A stretch of 55,953 nucleotides of DNA from a virus. Taxonomy: Duplodnaviria > Caudoviricetes. The notes beneath the pieces were generated by a model that was not told the DNA's origin, did no database searches, and saw only the letters and a list, made by a program, of their open reading frames with translations. The DNA lies in IMG/VR virus record IMGVR_UViG_3300009136_000007, positions 1-55,953 of that record. The stretch is one strand, 5' to 3'. This document shows positions 39,001 to 46,624 of the stretch, one piece after another; position 1 is the stretch's first letter, and every line of letters starts with the position of its first letter. The translations under genes were made by a program, and so were the position numbers.

Positions 39001-41378
39001 CAAATGGTGAAATAATAGACGGCTACAGAGCTACTGAACTATACTTGGAGCACAAGATGTCTGCTCAAGAAATAAAAGAGCTATTATCGTCTTACGCTGA
39101 AGGTAAAGTAGAGAAACAAGAAGTACTAGATATTTTAGAGAAAGAAGCATTAGTGAATATAATGCCAAAAGTTTTAGAGAAAAAAATACCTAATTTCGCA
39201 GCAGAAAGAGCAAAAAACCCTAACTACAAAAACTCAGAAGGTTACGAGAGTAAAGAGTATTTAGATGCTTTAGAGCAATATAAACCACTTATCAAAGACA
39301 TGGACGGTAACAGTGTTATGTTTAGTAAGACTCAAAAAGAAGAAAAAGCTAAAAGCTTAGATAGAGCATTTAATGATATTATAGAAAATAAAACAGGTAT
39401 ACCTAGTAAAAAAAGATTTGGTATAGTTGAAGCTACAACTAAAGGCGCTGGTCAAGGTAGACTTAACTTCATTATACCGCCTTCGCAAGAGGACTTTGTC
39501 GGTTTATTATACACCACTCTTGGTAAAAAAGAAGTTGGTGATAGTCAAATGCAATGGTACAAGGACAATTTAATAACTCCTTACGCTAAAGCCATGAACA
39601 AGCTTAGTAAAGCTCGGGTATACATGCTTAACAACTACAAGACGCTTAAAAATCAACTCAATGTAGTTCCTAAAGATCTAGCTAAAAAAGTAGAGGGAAC
39701 TGACTACACTAAAGAAATGGCTGTTAGAGTTTATATATGGAATAAACAAAAAATGGAAGTTCCAGGTATAAGCAAGTCAGACGTTAAAAAATTAAGCAAC
39801 TTCGTTGTAGAAAATGAAAACTTGCAAACTTTTGGTGATCAATTAATAAATCTACAATTAGGCGATGGTTATGTTAAACCAAAAGAAGGTTGGGCAGCTG
39901 GAACTATAACTACGGATATACTTGAAGGTTTAAACACCACAAAAAGATCTAAATATTTAAAAAATTGGCAAGAAAATGCAGACGCTATATTTAGTGAAGA
40001 TAATATGAATAAGTTGCAAGCTGCTTACGGTTTAAACTACGTAAAAGCTATGAAAAACATGCTAGGTAGAATGAAGTCTGGTAGAAACAGAAACTTTCCA
40101 GGTGATAGCGCTACTGGTCGATTCACTGATTGGGTTACAGGTAGTGTTGGTGTTACGATGTTTCTTAACACTAGATCAGCTGTGCTACAAACAATATCTG
40201 CCATAAATTTTATTAATCTTCAAGACAACAATATTTTAGCCGCTGGTAAAGCTTTTGCTAACCAAAAACAGTACTGGAAAGATTTTAGTACGTTAATGAA
40301 TTCAGACTTCTTAAAAGAAAGACGTGGAGGATTACGTATTAATGTCAGCGAGGCAGATATTGCTGATATGGCTAAGAAAGATGGCGCCAAGGGAGCTATA
40401 AGTAAATTACTGCAATTAGGTTTTGCACCTACTCAAATAGCTGATAGTTTCGCTATTGCTTCTGGTGGAGCAAGTTTCTATAGAAACAGGATTAATACTT
40501 ATAAAAAACAAGGTTTATCAGACAAGGAAGCTGAGAAAAAAGCTTTTGAAGATTTTAGAGAAACAGCTGAAGAATCGCAACAGTCTTCTAGAGCCGACAG
40601 AATATCTATGCAGCAAGCTAGTCCAGTAGGAAGATTTGTGTTAGCTTTTGCAAACACCCCAGCTCAATATGCTAGAATAATTAAAAAAGCTGCTAGTGAT
40701 CTTAAAAACGGCCGAGGAGATGCTAAAACTAATATATCTAAGATAATCTATTACGGAGCAGCGCAAAACATACTTTTTAACGCTTTGCAGCAAGCTTTAT
40801 TCGCTACAGCTCTTAGTGATGAAGAGCCTGGAGATGAAGAAAAGGAAAAAAAGTATTTAGGTATTGCTAATGGAATGATGGATTCTTTACTTCGAGGTAC
40901 TGGTATTGGCGGTTCTGTAGTTTCAGTTGGTAAAAACGCTGTTATTAAACTACTTAAAGAGTTGAAGAAAGATAGACCTAAAATGCAAAATGTTGCTTCT
41001 GAATTATTGAAGATATCACCTCCAGTTTCAGGTAAGTATTCAAGACTTGTTCAAGCTGGTAAATCATATGATTGGAATAAGGATGAAATGAGAGAAAAAG
41101 GCTTAAGCTTAGATAACCCCGCTTATTTAGCTAGCGGTAAAGTTATTTCCGCTTTAACAAACATACCTTTAGATAGAGCTATTAAAAAAGCTAACAACGT
41201 TGTTCAAGCTACTACTCAGGATTTAGAAGCTTGGGAACGTATAGCTTTACTAGGTGGTTGGTCTGATTGGGAGCTAGGTATTAAAAAAGATAAAAAAGAT
41301 AAATCTAAATCAAATAAAACTGTAAGAAAATCAGGAGTAATTAGAAAAAAGGTAATAAGAAAAAAAGTAGTAAAGTAA
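33057..41378 (+). CDS. Giant internal virion/ejection polyvalent protein (2773 aa) with zincin peptidase and sigma70 region-2-like domains
   Basis: GFYD...HEVGH...EE zincin; ENNIGAVTELAKK...VPFGAYMNQNLR sigma-like segment; KVSKS, MFSKT and MFSKT linkers; helical, membrane-prone C-terminal region. Confidence 0.8.
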   Translation: MFELEGEQYSLEQVTSAADQSNMPLEDYLKKYNIKELEETVETVEKPKDVVEKDATVTSIEPEQASESTELEQVDTSLVSEDPEPVVRRGRAQVRQKELANRKQAIEQKKRDDLIAAGIKAEQYEEAKKNVDETLTDAGSSIWSYSPENISNLYSKTTGEALDYQAIESISPIGSSMSYTGVFKPYGSFLTGGFSYSDFADNEKIKGISISELQKADQANAASSALESIFEEHGDKSDEFVLSQGQVILKGKDKKLQELYSSLRTSKPENKQQIINEIKKVREDNSQELFDINTGNLTKYDKLPEESKKQYDNIVEKAEEKASTTEIDQLNKELTNSYSNLVGISKRISSFIDENGEDEITKKSQTTPQYLVSAVKDFFGSEETTYGDLSRVQEISRTGVLPENVSKISGEHPLAKAYNKALEEYAILNRAVQTNTDPLSEKQEGFWESAGDVLLEKIDMTGGVAAPKVKATANQIFVESVEKAGLGRINQEEVDEAVSQNWKSVVGGGAVDLTLFVGEVALFKGGTANKISKGFKYIEKTFKASEAAKSSKLLRKAGDFVIKGMDEAAVFTGLESTKTSLGLSQQSTREQEWATATFGFALGGGNSLGSSILRALPAKTIFSPITAQLSKSDLARSAGNRFVNANAGAFSFEFARAATAALGEDEEGYYDRNPEEFIKEYLAEVAKMSLLGAKSIFHKNGVYRAAQRDMRLLNLNPTYVNRAAKRTGIDSSSIKKPGEDTIDQIDAARADKMSDIDAKLKTQQITGEQAKKEIEDVNKDYNILEAEVELNLAKKRFDAESKSALKPTDESVRILIQKMKKGDKFNDKDNNALVNTPLPIIYDRMGIDSSSKSLENRWNREFAIEDVMNNNTDFKAPYESKERADSYKFLDEIFEIGGQIQLLKKTKDRNEAQEKELQQLEKDYKVYEPGGYKYDKLQDKLDQLYLKQRLASKAQAEDVLGATQEGESVSVRSAEDFQKKYESINKDGQDVRSSDGFYDAKNKIFYVNEQVVAATRNTTVEKHEVGHFVLRDSLKDKTGKVTDKGIKVIDEVLSELTPKQRETVQKRIDDFYRYDEKEINSLRSKLKSALTEGNAEEAESIVEEIEKLESKPKKEKNKKDYYEEYLTVLSDAINEKQIVFKENVGNAFEKFVPFLRKRMPELELNADTGKNLFELIKSYSKGEKPGIEAAKQMSIAAEGKDTSGQKVSKSTSVDSIERKLEELEDKYFDQEIDEYQFEQQRDKLEKDLVKAEEATKLAKEVKAELVETETKPVEKAENVEKVVKEATTKVFEAKEVSDKNKQIARTNDDIVQEMADLGANRISEIKDPKAKKAIVDKLGENNIGAVTELAKKAAATSRDLPIDDNLKVNYEEFFLGFSEELSALINSYKANVDGKKVPFGAYMNQNLRLRYGSILNRSLKGKLKGSESLSSDKNIKKEVGSFVEESSSESTGRDEGRVLEQIDVRKFGPAKDKVNEISDIVTVEEGKRPTYKELTEEFIEPVSVELFDVPGRKIQGKATLTDTEAKSLQRLFVSPDNVRKLIKTMPPYNVAGSETTIGERAESIDVSKDTKGKSIGLSNKFIKQFYQPVTRAIPGVSSPKGRSLGATSQGQVYELKPEFRGRVSNEAVKQIQNSVGVTEAGVPNEKISAANRTKYGTTLTGFAKTYIANVINVTGRSKQTSKQEQADTGAGKASIMFSKTAESNEEFSKKFKSKEVKKLVEGKFENLIAKAKLPDTVAQEIKNLIKSEDLKPIEMFQVVSDIASRDLSFTAKRSFQEGLITDLIKAEGGDFGSVLVQNLGQVRRIFKKEYEAIGFGTEVSQLKKSIKGDNKEVRDAKVLDWLLSVSRSVRSSSNKSLLYVSTNKKLFDAELKGILGKDSDFEAVQKKLPSGKVVSFIKYKGKGLEGFQDITELKSKGFRVYGEKVSEQADKARELALNKIDSLKERLNKKEITKGQYDSMVDSYLSLVSLDQKGLIRKMSKPNGEIIDGYRATELYLEHKMSAQEIKELLSSYAEGKVEKQEVLDILEKEALVNIMPKVLEKKIPNFAAERAKNPNYKNSEGYESKEYLDALEQYKPLIKDMDGNSVMFSKTQKEEKAKSLDRAFNDIIENKTGIPSKKRFGIVEATTKGAGQGRLNFIIPPSQEDFVGLLYTTLGKKEVGDSQMQWYKDNLITPYAKAMNKLSKARVYMLNNYKTLKNQLNVVPKDLAKKVEGTDYTKEMAVRVYIWNKQKMEVPGISKSDVKKLSNFVVENENLQTFGDQLINLQLGDGYVKPKEGWAAGTITTDILEGLNTTKRSKYLKNWQENADAIFSEDNMNKLQAAYGLNYVKAMKNMLGRMKSGRNRNFPGDSATGRFTDWVTGSVGVTMFLNTRSAVLQTISAINFINLQDNNILAAGKAFANQKQYWKDFSTLMNSDFLKERRGGLRINVSEADIADMAKKDGAKGAISKLLQLGFAPTQIADSFAIASGGASFYRNRINTYKKQGLSDKEAEKKAFEDFRETAEESQQSSRADRISMQQASPVGRFVLAFANTPAQYARIIKKAASDLKNGRGDAKTNISKIIYYGAAQNILFNALQQALFATALSDEEPGDEEKEKKYLGIANGMMDSLLRGTGIGGSVVSVGKNAVIKLLKELKKDRPKMQNVASELLKISPPVSGKYSRLVQAGKSYDWNKDEMREKGLSLDNPAYLASGKVISALTNIPLDRAIKKANNVVQATTQDLEAWERIALLGGWSDWELGIKKDKKDKSKSNKTVRKSGVIRKKVIRKKVVK

Positions 41379-41840
41379 ATGGGAAAAATAAGCGATCACA
41401 TAACTTTAAAAGAAGGCATTAACTCTTTTACAGCTAAAAGAAAAGGTATAGATAATACACCTAACGAGTACCAAATAACTAATATGTATATTTTAGCCCA
41501 TAAGGTATTTGAGCCTTTACGTAAGTGGGTTGGTGGACCGATAAAAATAAACTCTTTTTTTAGATCACCCGAACTTAACAAAGCTATAGGCGGAAGTTCT
41601 AAGTCACAGCACTGTGAGGGTAGAGCTATGGATATAGATGATGTCTACGGCCACAAGACTAACGCTGAAATGTTTGAATACATAAAAGAAAATTTAGACT
41701 TTGATCAAATGATATGGGAGTTTGGTAGTGATGAAAACCCAGATTGGATCCATGTAAGCTACTGCTCAACAGATGAGAATAGGAAAAGATGTTTAAAAGC
41801 TTACAGAGAAAAAGGTAAAACAAAGTACAAAGTTATATAA
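41379..41840 (+). CDS. Endolysin, Peptidase M15A family
   Basis: SFFRS...N..IGG...SQHCEGRAMD...WIHVS zinc motifs. Confidence 0.9.
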   Translation: MGKISDHITLKEGINSFTAKRKGIDNTPNEYQITNMYILAHKVFEPLRKWVGGPIKINSFFRSPELNKAIGGSSKSQHCEGRAMDIDDVYGHKTNAEMFEYIKENLDFDQMIWEFGSDENPDWIHVSYCSTDENRKRCLKAYREKGKTKYKVI

Positions 41841-42157
41841 TGGGTGCAGAAATTTCAGAAAAATCAAAAGTTTCTTTAGATATAAAAGCGGTTATTGGGG
41901 CTGTAGCTGGTATTATTTCAGTAGCAAGCGTATGGTTTACATTAACAGCGGAAATAGCACAACTAAAGCTAGACATAGTTAGAATGCAAGACGCTGTAAA
42001 GCTAAATGAAGAGTTTAGGATTAAATGGCCTAGAGGTGAAATGGGTGCATTACCTGATGACGCTAAACAAGATTTAAAAATAATATACTTACAAGATGAT
42101 GTCAATCAGCTAAAGTATATCGTAAAAGCACTCGAAATAGATAACGCTAAAAAATAA
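41840..42157 (+). CDS. Single-TM coiled-coil protein (lysis accessory, spanin/holin-like)
   Basis: N-terminal transmembrane helix then coiled coil; coupled to the endolysin. Confidence 0.55.
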   Translation: MGAEISEKSKVSLDIKAVIGAVAGIISVASVWFTLTAEIAQLKLDIVRMQDAVKLNEEFRIKWPRGEMGALPDDAKQDLKIIYLQDDVNQLKYIVKALEIDNAKK

Positions 42158-42161
42158 AAAT

Positions 42162-42317
42162 ATGAAAACACCATTATACGCAAAGATTAGTGGAGCTTGT
42201 AAAACAGCTGCAAAGAAGAAGTTTAAAGTTTGGCCAAGTGCTTACGCTTCCGGTTGGGGAGTAAGATGTACTAAAGCTGGAGGTCCAAGTAAGTTTGGTA
42301 GCAAAAAGAAAAAGTAA
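42162..42317 (+). CDS. Small basic protein (51 aa, not in ORF track; DUF5872-like N-terminal part)
   Basis: MKTPLYAKISGACKTAAKKKFKVWPSAYASGWGVRCTKAGG...; TAATG coupling to the next ORF. Confidence 0.7.
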   Translation: MKTPLYAKISGACKTAAKKKFKVWPSAYASGWGVRCTKAGGPSKFGSKKKK

Positions 42318-42583
42318 TGATTACACCTTTATTTAAGAAAAGCAAAGTAAAAGGAGGAGGTACCAAGAAGGTATGCTTACCTGCAGCTAAAGTCAGATCA
42401 ATGAGTAAAGCTGAAAAAGAGAAAGTTATTAGATCTAAGCAGACAGCTGCTAAATCAGGTAAGTATAAAAGATCTAGTAAATCAAACGTAAAAGGCGCTC
42501 GAAAGAAAGGAGCTACGCTACGTGACTGGTTTGAAAAAGAAAACTGGGTAAACGTAAGAACAGGTGAAGCCTGTGGAAAATAA
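42317..42583 (+). CDS. Small basic protein (DUF5872-like)
   Basis: KVCLPAAK and LRDWFEKENWV...G..CG motifs. Confidence 0.7.
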   Translation: MITPLFKKSKVKGGGTKKVCLPAAKVRSMSKAEKEKVIRSKQTAAKSGKYKRSSKSNVKGARKKGATLRDWFEKENWVNVRTGEACGK

Positions 42584-42634
42584 AAGGAACAAACATTAAT
42601 AGGCGTACCATACCTAAAAGTTCCTGTAACCAAG

Positions 42635-42664
42635 AAAGGGCCCTCGTATTGAGAGCCCTTTTTT
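42635..42664. terminator. Probable bidirectional terminator between the convergent arms
   Basis: AAAGGGCCCTC-GTATT-GAGAGCCCTTTTTT. Confidence 0.75.
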
Positions 42665-42743
42665 AGCATACATGTGTATAGCATACTGAGTTTTTTATGC
42701 ACATTGGTTTTTATATGTATCAAAAAGTCATAACTTTTGGCCT

Positions 42744-44465
42744 TTAGCCATCACAAGCTAGGCAATCTTCATTCATAGCTTTTGCAGCAATATCCCCACG
42801 TAGTACAGATTCAGTTCTAGTATAGTACAATGTTTTAACTCCTTTTTTCCAAGCATCGAAATGAACTTTGTTTATCCATTTAGGAGTTGCTTCTGATGGA
42901 AAAGCTAAGTTTAAACTAACAGACTGATCTATGTATTGTTGGCGTAGACCAGCTTGGTTAACTAGCTCTAATTGATTTATCTCTTTAAAAGTTTTAAATA
43001 TTTCTTTTAAAGGTATATCGTGATCACCAATCAACACTTTGTCTAAAGCGTCTATATCCTGTACTGATCCTCCATCTTCTAGTATTTTACTCCACACTTC
43101 AGAGGTATTTAATCCAGCATCTTCTAAGCATTGCTCTAATGTAGGATTCTTTCTAATGAAGGTACCTTTAGCTGATTGCTCTGTAAAAACGTTAGCTGCC
43201 CAAGGTTCAATACCAGGGCTTACGTTTCCTGAGAGTTTGCTATTACTGACGGTAGGAGCAACGGCACGCAAATGAGTGTTACGCATACCAGTACCAGAAC
43301 ACCAAAGAGGCTCGCCATAACTTTCAGCAAGATCCATAGAAGCTCTTTCACTTTCGATTTTAAGCTGCGAAAAAATCTTCCTAGTCTCAAACTGAGCAAG
43401 TAGACCTTCGAAAGGAATACCCTTTTCCTGCAAATAAGTGTGCCATCCGAGGACACCAAGTCCAAGGGCTCGTCCTTTTTGAGCAGAACGAATACTGTTT
43501 TCGAAACCTCTAAGACCTTTGGCTCTCTGAATAAATTCCTCCATAACCCCATCAAGAAACCAAGTGGCGTCGTATATAAGATTAGTATCTTTCCATTCTT
43601 CATATTTAGCTAGATTTAACGATGATAAGCAGCATACAAAGCTATGTGACTCATCTGTATGTAATGTTATCTCACTACAGATATTAGTCATATGTACTTT
43701 TAGTCCGTTTTCTTTGTAAGCTGGCGGATTAACTTTATTCGTATTTCCCTTAAAGAGGATGTAAGGCTCGCCAGTTGCTTTGCGCTTTTGTAACAACTTA
43801 CCCCAGCGCTTTCTAGCATCAACATCTCCTGCTTCAAGTCTTCGCATGAACTTATCACCAACGACAGCGCATTGGTGTATATTAAGGGATTGCCTGTTAA
43901 CATCTCCTTTTGGTTCTCTAATTTCGAGCCATTCTTCAAAATCACCGTGCTCAATATTGATATTAACGCTTGCTGCGCCTCTGCGGACTGATCCTTGATT
44001 AGTGGCAAGAATTGTTGAGTCGTAGATCTTACAAAAAGGGACAACTCCATCGCTTGTTCCATTACCTGTTATTTTAGAGCCAGCGGGTCTTATTTGATTA
44101 ATTCCGATACCAACTCCACCGCCGTGCTTCGCGAGTAGCATCATTTCTAAATTCTTACCACCAATGTCTTGTATTGAATCTGCTACATCAATACCAAAGC
44201 AGCTAATAGGTAAACCTCTATCTGTACCCGTGTTTGATAACACTGGGGAAGCTAAGCAAAGCCAGCCTTTCCATATGTGATCAAAAAACGTTTCCGCTAA
44301 CTCAGGCCTGGAAAGCCTACGAGCGACAGTGCTAGCAACACGACGATAAGCATCACGAGGAGATTCACCGTCCAGAAGATAACCGCCCCCGATGGTTTTT
44401 TTATACACTTCAGTATCTCCCCAACCAGGGAAATCTTTTCCTTTAATCCATTCATTGTTCCACAT
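42744..44465 (-). CDS. nrdA: Class I ribonucleotide reductase alpha subunit (no ATP cone)
   Basis: PISCF, TNICSEI, CCLSS, APTVS, KTLYY and C-terminal CxxC; 573 aa. Confidence 0.95.
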   Translation of the reverse strand: MWNNEWIKGKDFPGWGDTEVYKKTIGGGYLLDGESPRDAYRRVASTVARRLSRPELAETFFDHIWKGWLCLASPVLSNTGTDRGLPISCFGIDVADSIQDIGGKNLEMMLLAKHGGGVGIGINQIRPAGSKITGNGTSDGVVPFCKIYDSTILATNQGSVRRGAASVNINIEHGDFEEWLEIREPKGDVNRQSLNIHQCAVVGDKFMRRLEAGDVDARKRWGKLLQKRKATGEPYILFKGNTNKVNPPAYKENGLKVHMTNICSEITLHTDESHSFVCCLSSLNLAKYEEWKDTNLIYDATWFLDGVMEEFIQRAKGLRGFENSIRSAQKGRALGLGVLGWHTYLQEKGIPFEGLLAQFETRKIFSQLKIESERASMDLAESYGEPLWCSGTGMRNTHLRAVAPTVSNSKLSGNVSPGIEPWAANVFTEQSAKGTFIRKNPTLEQCLEDAGLNTSEVWSKILEDGGSVQDIDALDKVLIGDHDIPLKEIFKTFKEINQLELVNQAGLRQQYIDQSVSLNLAFPSEATPKWINKVHFDAWKKGVKTLYYTRTESVLRGDIAAKAMNEDCLACDG

Positions 44466-44468
44466 ATA

Positions 44469-44747
44469 TTATTTAAAAAATAGCATGGCATAAGCCATCA
44501 TTACATTTAGGTTAACTATCACTAAGTTCCATTGTTTAGCTACAAATACTTGAGGCAAGGAAAATAATCCAGCCATGAAATATATAACTAAACCAGGAGT
44601 GTCTGGTAACATATGAGGAGCAGTTACAAAAAAACCAGTCCCCATATACCCAAGCCTATTTGCTATCCTCTCCGAAGGAGTTAGCTTCCTCTGTTTTACC
44701 AGACTCTTCAATAGCTTTATTTTTAAGCTTTTCGATTGCTTCTTCAT
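44469..44747 (-). CDS. Small membrane protein (start uncertain)
   Basis: Two to three hydrophobic segments; overlaps the upstream ORF by about 90 bp. Confidence 0.6.
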   Translation of the reverse strand: MKKQSKSLKIKLLKSLVKQRKLTPSERIANRLGYMGTGFFVTAPHMLPDTPGLVIYFMAGLFSLPQVFVAKQWNLVIVNLNVMMAYAMLFFK

Positions 44748-44895
44748 AATTTGGCATTAATTTAATCGTTTCTAATGTACCTACAGATAAGTCTTTTAGA
44801 TACGCGTTTTCGTCTAGTAGTTGTTGAACAACTCTTATGAGCGCTTCTATTTTCTTTTCTAGCAAATCAACTCTACTTTGTTTTTGTCCTGTCAT
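44656..44895 (-). CDS. Coiled-coil hypothetical protein
   Basis: A-rich leader and heptad pattern. Confidence 0.7.
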   Translation of the reverse strand: MTGQKQSRVDLLEKKIEALIRVVQQLLDENAYLKDLSVGTLETIKLMPNYEEAIEKLKNKAIEESGKTEEANSFGEDSK

Positions 44896-44912
44896 TTTTT
44901 ATAATTTATTTG

Positions 44913-45881
44913 TTACCATATATCTTCGAAATCTTCTCCTTCGTTTGCTTTTGAATAATCTGTTGGGCGCATCGCGAAAAAATCAGTATGAGTAACCCCG
45001 CCGGTAAGATGGTAGAACCAATCAAGATTAGCTGCTGCTTTTTCGTCATACGGGAAATACGATCCCAAGTCGACATAACCAAGCTCCACAAGTTTTTCAT
45101 TTGCGCGTTTTTTTATAAAATGTTTTAAATCACTGGACTTGATACCTTCAATGTCACCCATCTCAAACATCTTGTCGATATACTTTGCTTCTAATACTAC
45201 CATTGTTTCAGCAGCTTTAATTATATCTTCTCTACACAAGCTTTGTAACTGTGAATCTTCTTCACACATGTGTCTGAATAATTGGCAACCCATTTTACTA
45301 TGCAACGACTCATCTCTTACAGACCACTTCATTTGTTGACCTATACCTTTTAAAAGATTTCTCATTTGAAAAGAATATAGTACAGCAAAAGCAGAGTAAA
45401 GACTAACACCTTCTGCAAAAGCACTAAATACAGCAAGAGAACAACCAATACCACGATGATTATTTCCTTCATACGCAACCAAGTTATCAAAACGTTTAGC
45501 CGTCGCAGGCTCGTGTAAGAAAGCTTCATAGTCTTCAAGTCCTAATGTTTCGTTTAAGTAACTATAAGCTACTGCATGAATAGTCTCTTGTGATCCAAAC
45601 ATCATAGCCATTTGTTGAATCTCGTGTTTAGGAAACCATCCCACTACCTTCTGAGTCCAGTAGTCTGATACCGCACATTCAGTTTGAGCAAAACCCAGTA
45701 GTATATTACCTACTAAGCTTTTTTCTTTATCAGTTAGCTTTTCGTTCCAGTCTTTAACATCTCCAGACATTGATATTTCTGTGTGCAGCCAAAATGCTTG
45801 TGCTTGCTTCATCCAGCCTTCTGTAAAATACTCTGGATATTCAAAAGGTTTGTACGCTACGCGCTCATCAAACAATCCCAT
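44913..45881 (-). CDS. nrdB: Class I ribonucleotide reductase beta subunit
   Basis: QTE, ETIH..AY, AEG.. and DESLH metal ligands; C-terminal DFF..RPTDY. Confidence 0.95.
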   Translation of the reverse strand: MGLFDERVAYKPFEYPEYFTEGWMKQAQAFWLHTEISMSGDVKDWNEKLTDKEKSLVGNILLGFAQTECAVSDYWTQKVVGWFPKHEIQQMAMMFGSQETIHAVAYSYLNETLGLEDYEAFLHEPATAKRFDNLVAYEGNNHRGIGCSLAVFSAFAEGVSLYSAFAVLYSFQMRNLLKGIGQQMKWSVRDESLHSKMGCQLFRHMCEEDSQLQSLCREDIIKAAETMVVLEAKYIDKMFEMGDIEGIKSSDLKHFIKKRANEKLVELGYVDLGSYFPYDEKAAANLDWFYHLTGGVTHTDFFAMRPTDYSKANEGEDFEDIW

Positions 45882-46030
45882 TATTTATCTACTTCAATAG
45901 CTATATCAATAAATGGCATATATATCACATGTGTGTTATATGTTTTTTCCTCGTATGTTCTAAATCCTAGCAATATGCCCGGGTATAAACCCAGAGATAT
46001 AGCCCATCCTTTTTTCTCATTAACTTCCAT
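45881..46030 (-). CDS. Hypothetical 49-aa protein (not in ORF track)
   Basis: MEVNEKKGWAISLGLYPGILLGFRTY...; TAATG-coupled to nrdB. Confidence 0.6.
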   Translation of the reverse strand: MEVNEKKGWAISLGLYPGILLGFRTYEEKTYNTHVIYMPFIDIAIEVDK

Positions 46031-46196
46031 AAACTTTTATATTGTATTTGTTATGTATTTCTACTAATTCTTTATAAATCATTTTACCCCTAACGTCAAT
46101 AGTCCACTTTATCCATTTTTCTATTTGACGTTCAGCATACTTTTCCCTTGCTAATCTCTTTGCTTCGAAAGGATTAATCTTACGGTCTCGTCGCAT
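46020..46196 (-). CDS. Hypothetical 58-aa basic protein (not in ORF track)
   Basis: MRRDRKINPFEAKRLAREKYAERQIEKW...; fills the gap in the operon. Confidence 0.55.
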   Translation of the reverse strand: MRRDRKINPFEAKRLAREKYAERQIEKWIKWTIDVRGKMIYKELVEIHNKYNIKVYGS

Positions 46197-46624
46197 TCTT
46201 TTTGGTTTTGTGGTTTGTACAGTGTTGTGTTTGGAAACTGTCTCATTACTAATTGTTTAAATAGCTTCCAGCGCATAGGGAAAGATTCATTAGCTCTACC
46301 TTTTGTTTCTATTATAAAATCCTCACCGATAAAATCCGGTGTATACTTTATAGGTAGTATACGTTTGCAGCCTCTGTTCTTATATTCACCTTTTCCGTTT
46401 GACTGTCTCTCATAAACCTCGTTTTCAAAATGAAAGCCGTTAAGCAATACAAAAGTTTCTCCTTCGTATTTAGATTTAATCTTAGCTTTTTTTAGAGCCA
46501 TATACATATACTTCTCTAGGCCAGACGCAAAGTTAATACCATCATATGATACCTTCTTTGCTTGTACTGGTCCTTTCTTTTTAGATCTTCGTTTCTTAAA
46601 CATAACCTTTTTATTTATCTCCAC
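46151..46624 (-). CDS. PD-(D/E)XK endonuclease, T7 endonuclease I-like resolvase
   Basis: FASGLE...YE...YTPDF...IIETKG. Confidence 0.85.
   Translation of the reverse strand: MEINKKVMFKKRRSKKKGPVQAKKVSYDGINFASGLEKYMYMALKKAKIKSKYEGETFVLLNGFHFENEVYERQSNGKGEYKNRGCKRILPIKYTPDFIGEDFIIETKGRANESFPMRWKLFKQLVMRQFPNTTLYKPQNQKECDETVRLILSKQRD

Noticed and set aside
33057-41378. Giant protein as a virion RNA polymerase (crAss or N4 type)
   Set aside because: No DxDxD catalytic motif in a plausible context was seen. The closest, DMDGN (~39297), lacks the third Asp and sits in a linker.
42665-42743. Weak hairpin ATGTGTATA...TATGCACAT and a 10-mer GTGTATAGCA shared with the ncRNA candidate
   Set aside because: Short, AT-rich and compatible with chance; no promoter motif nearby.
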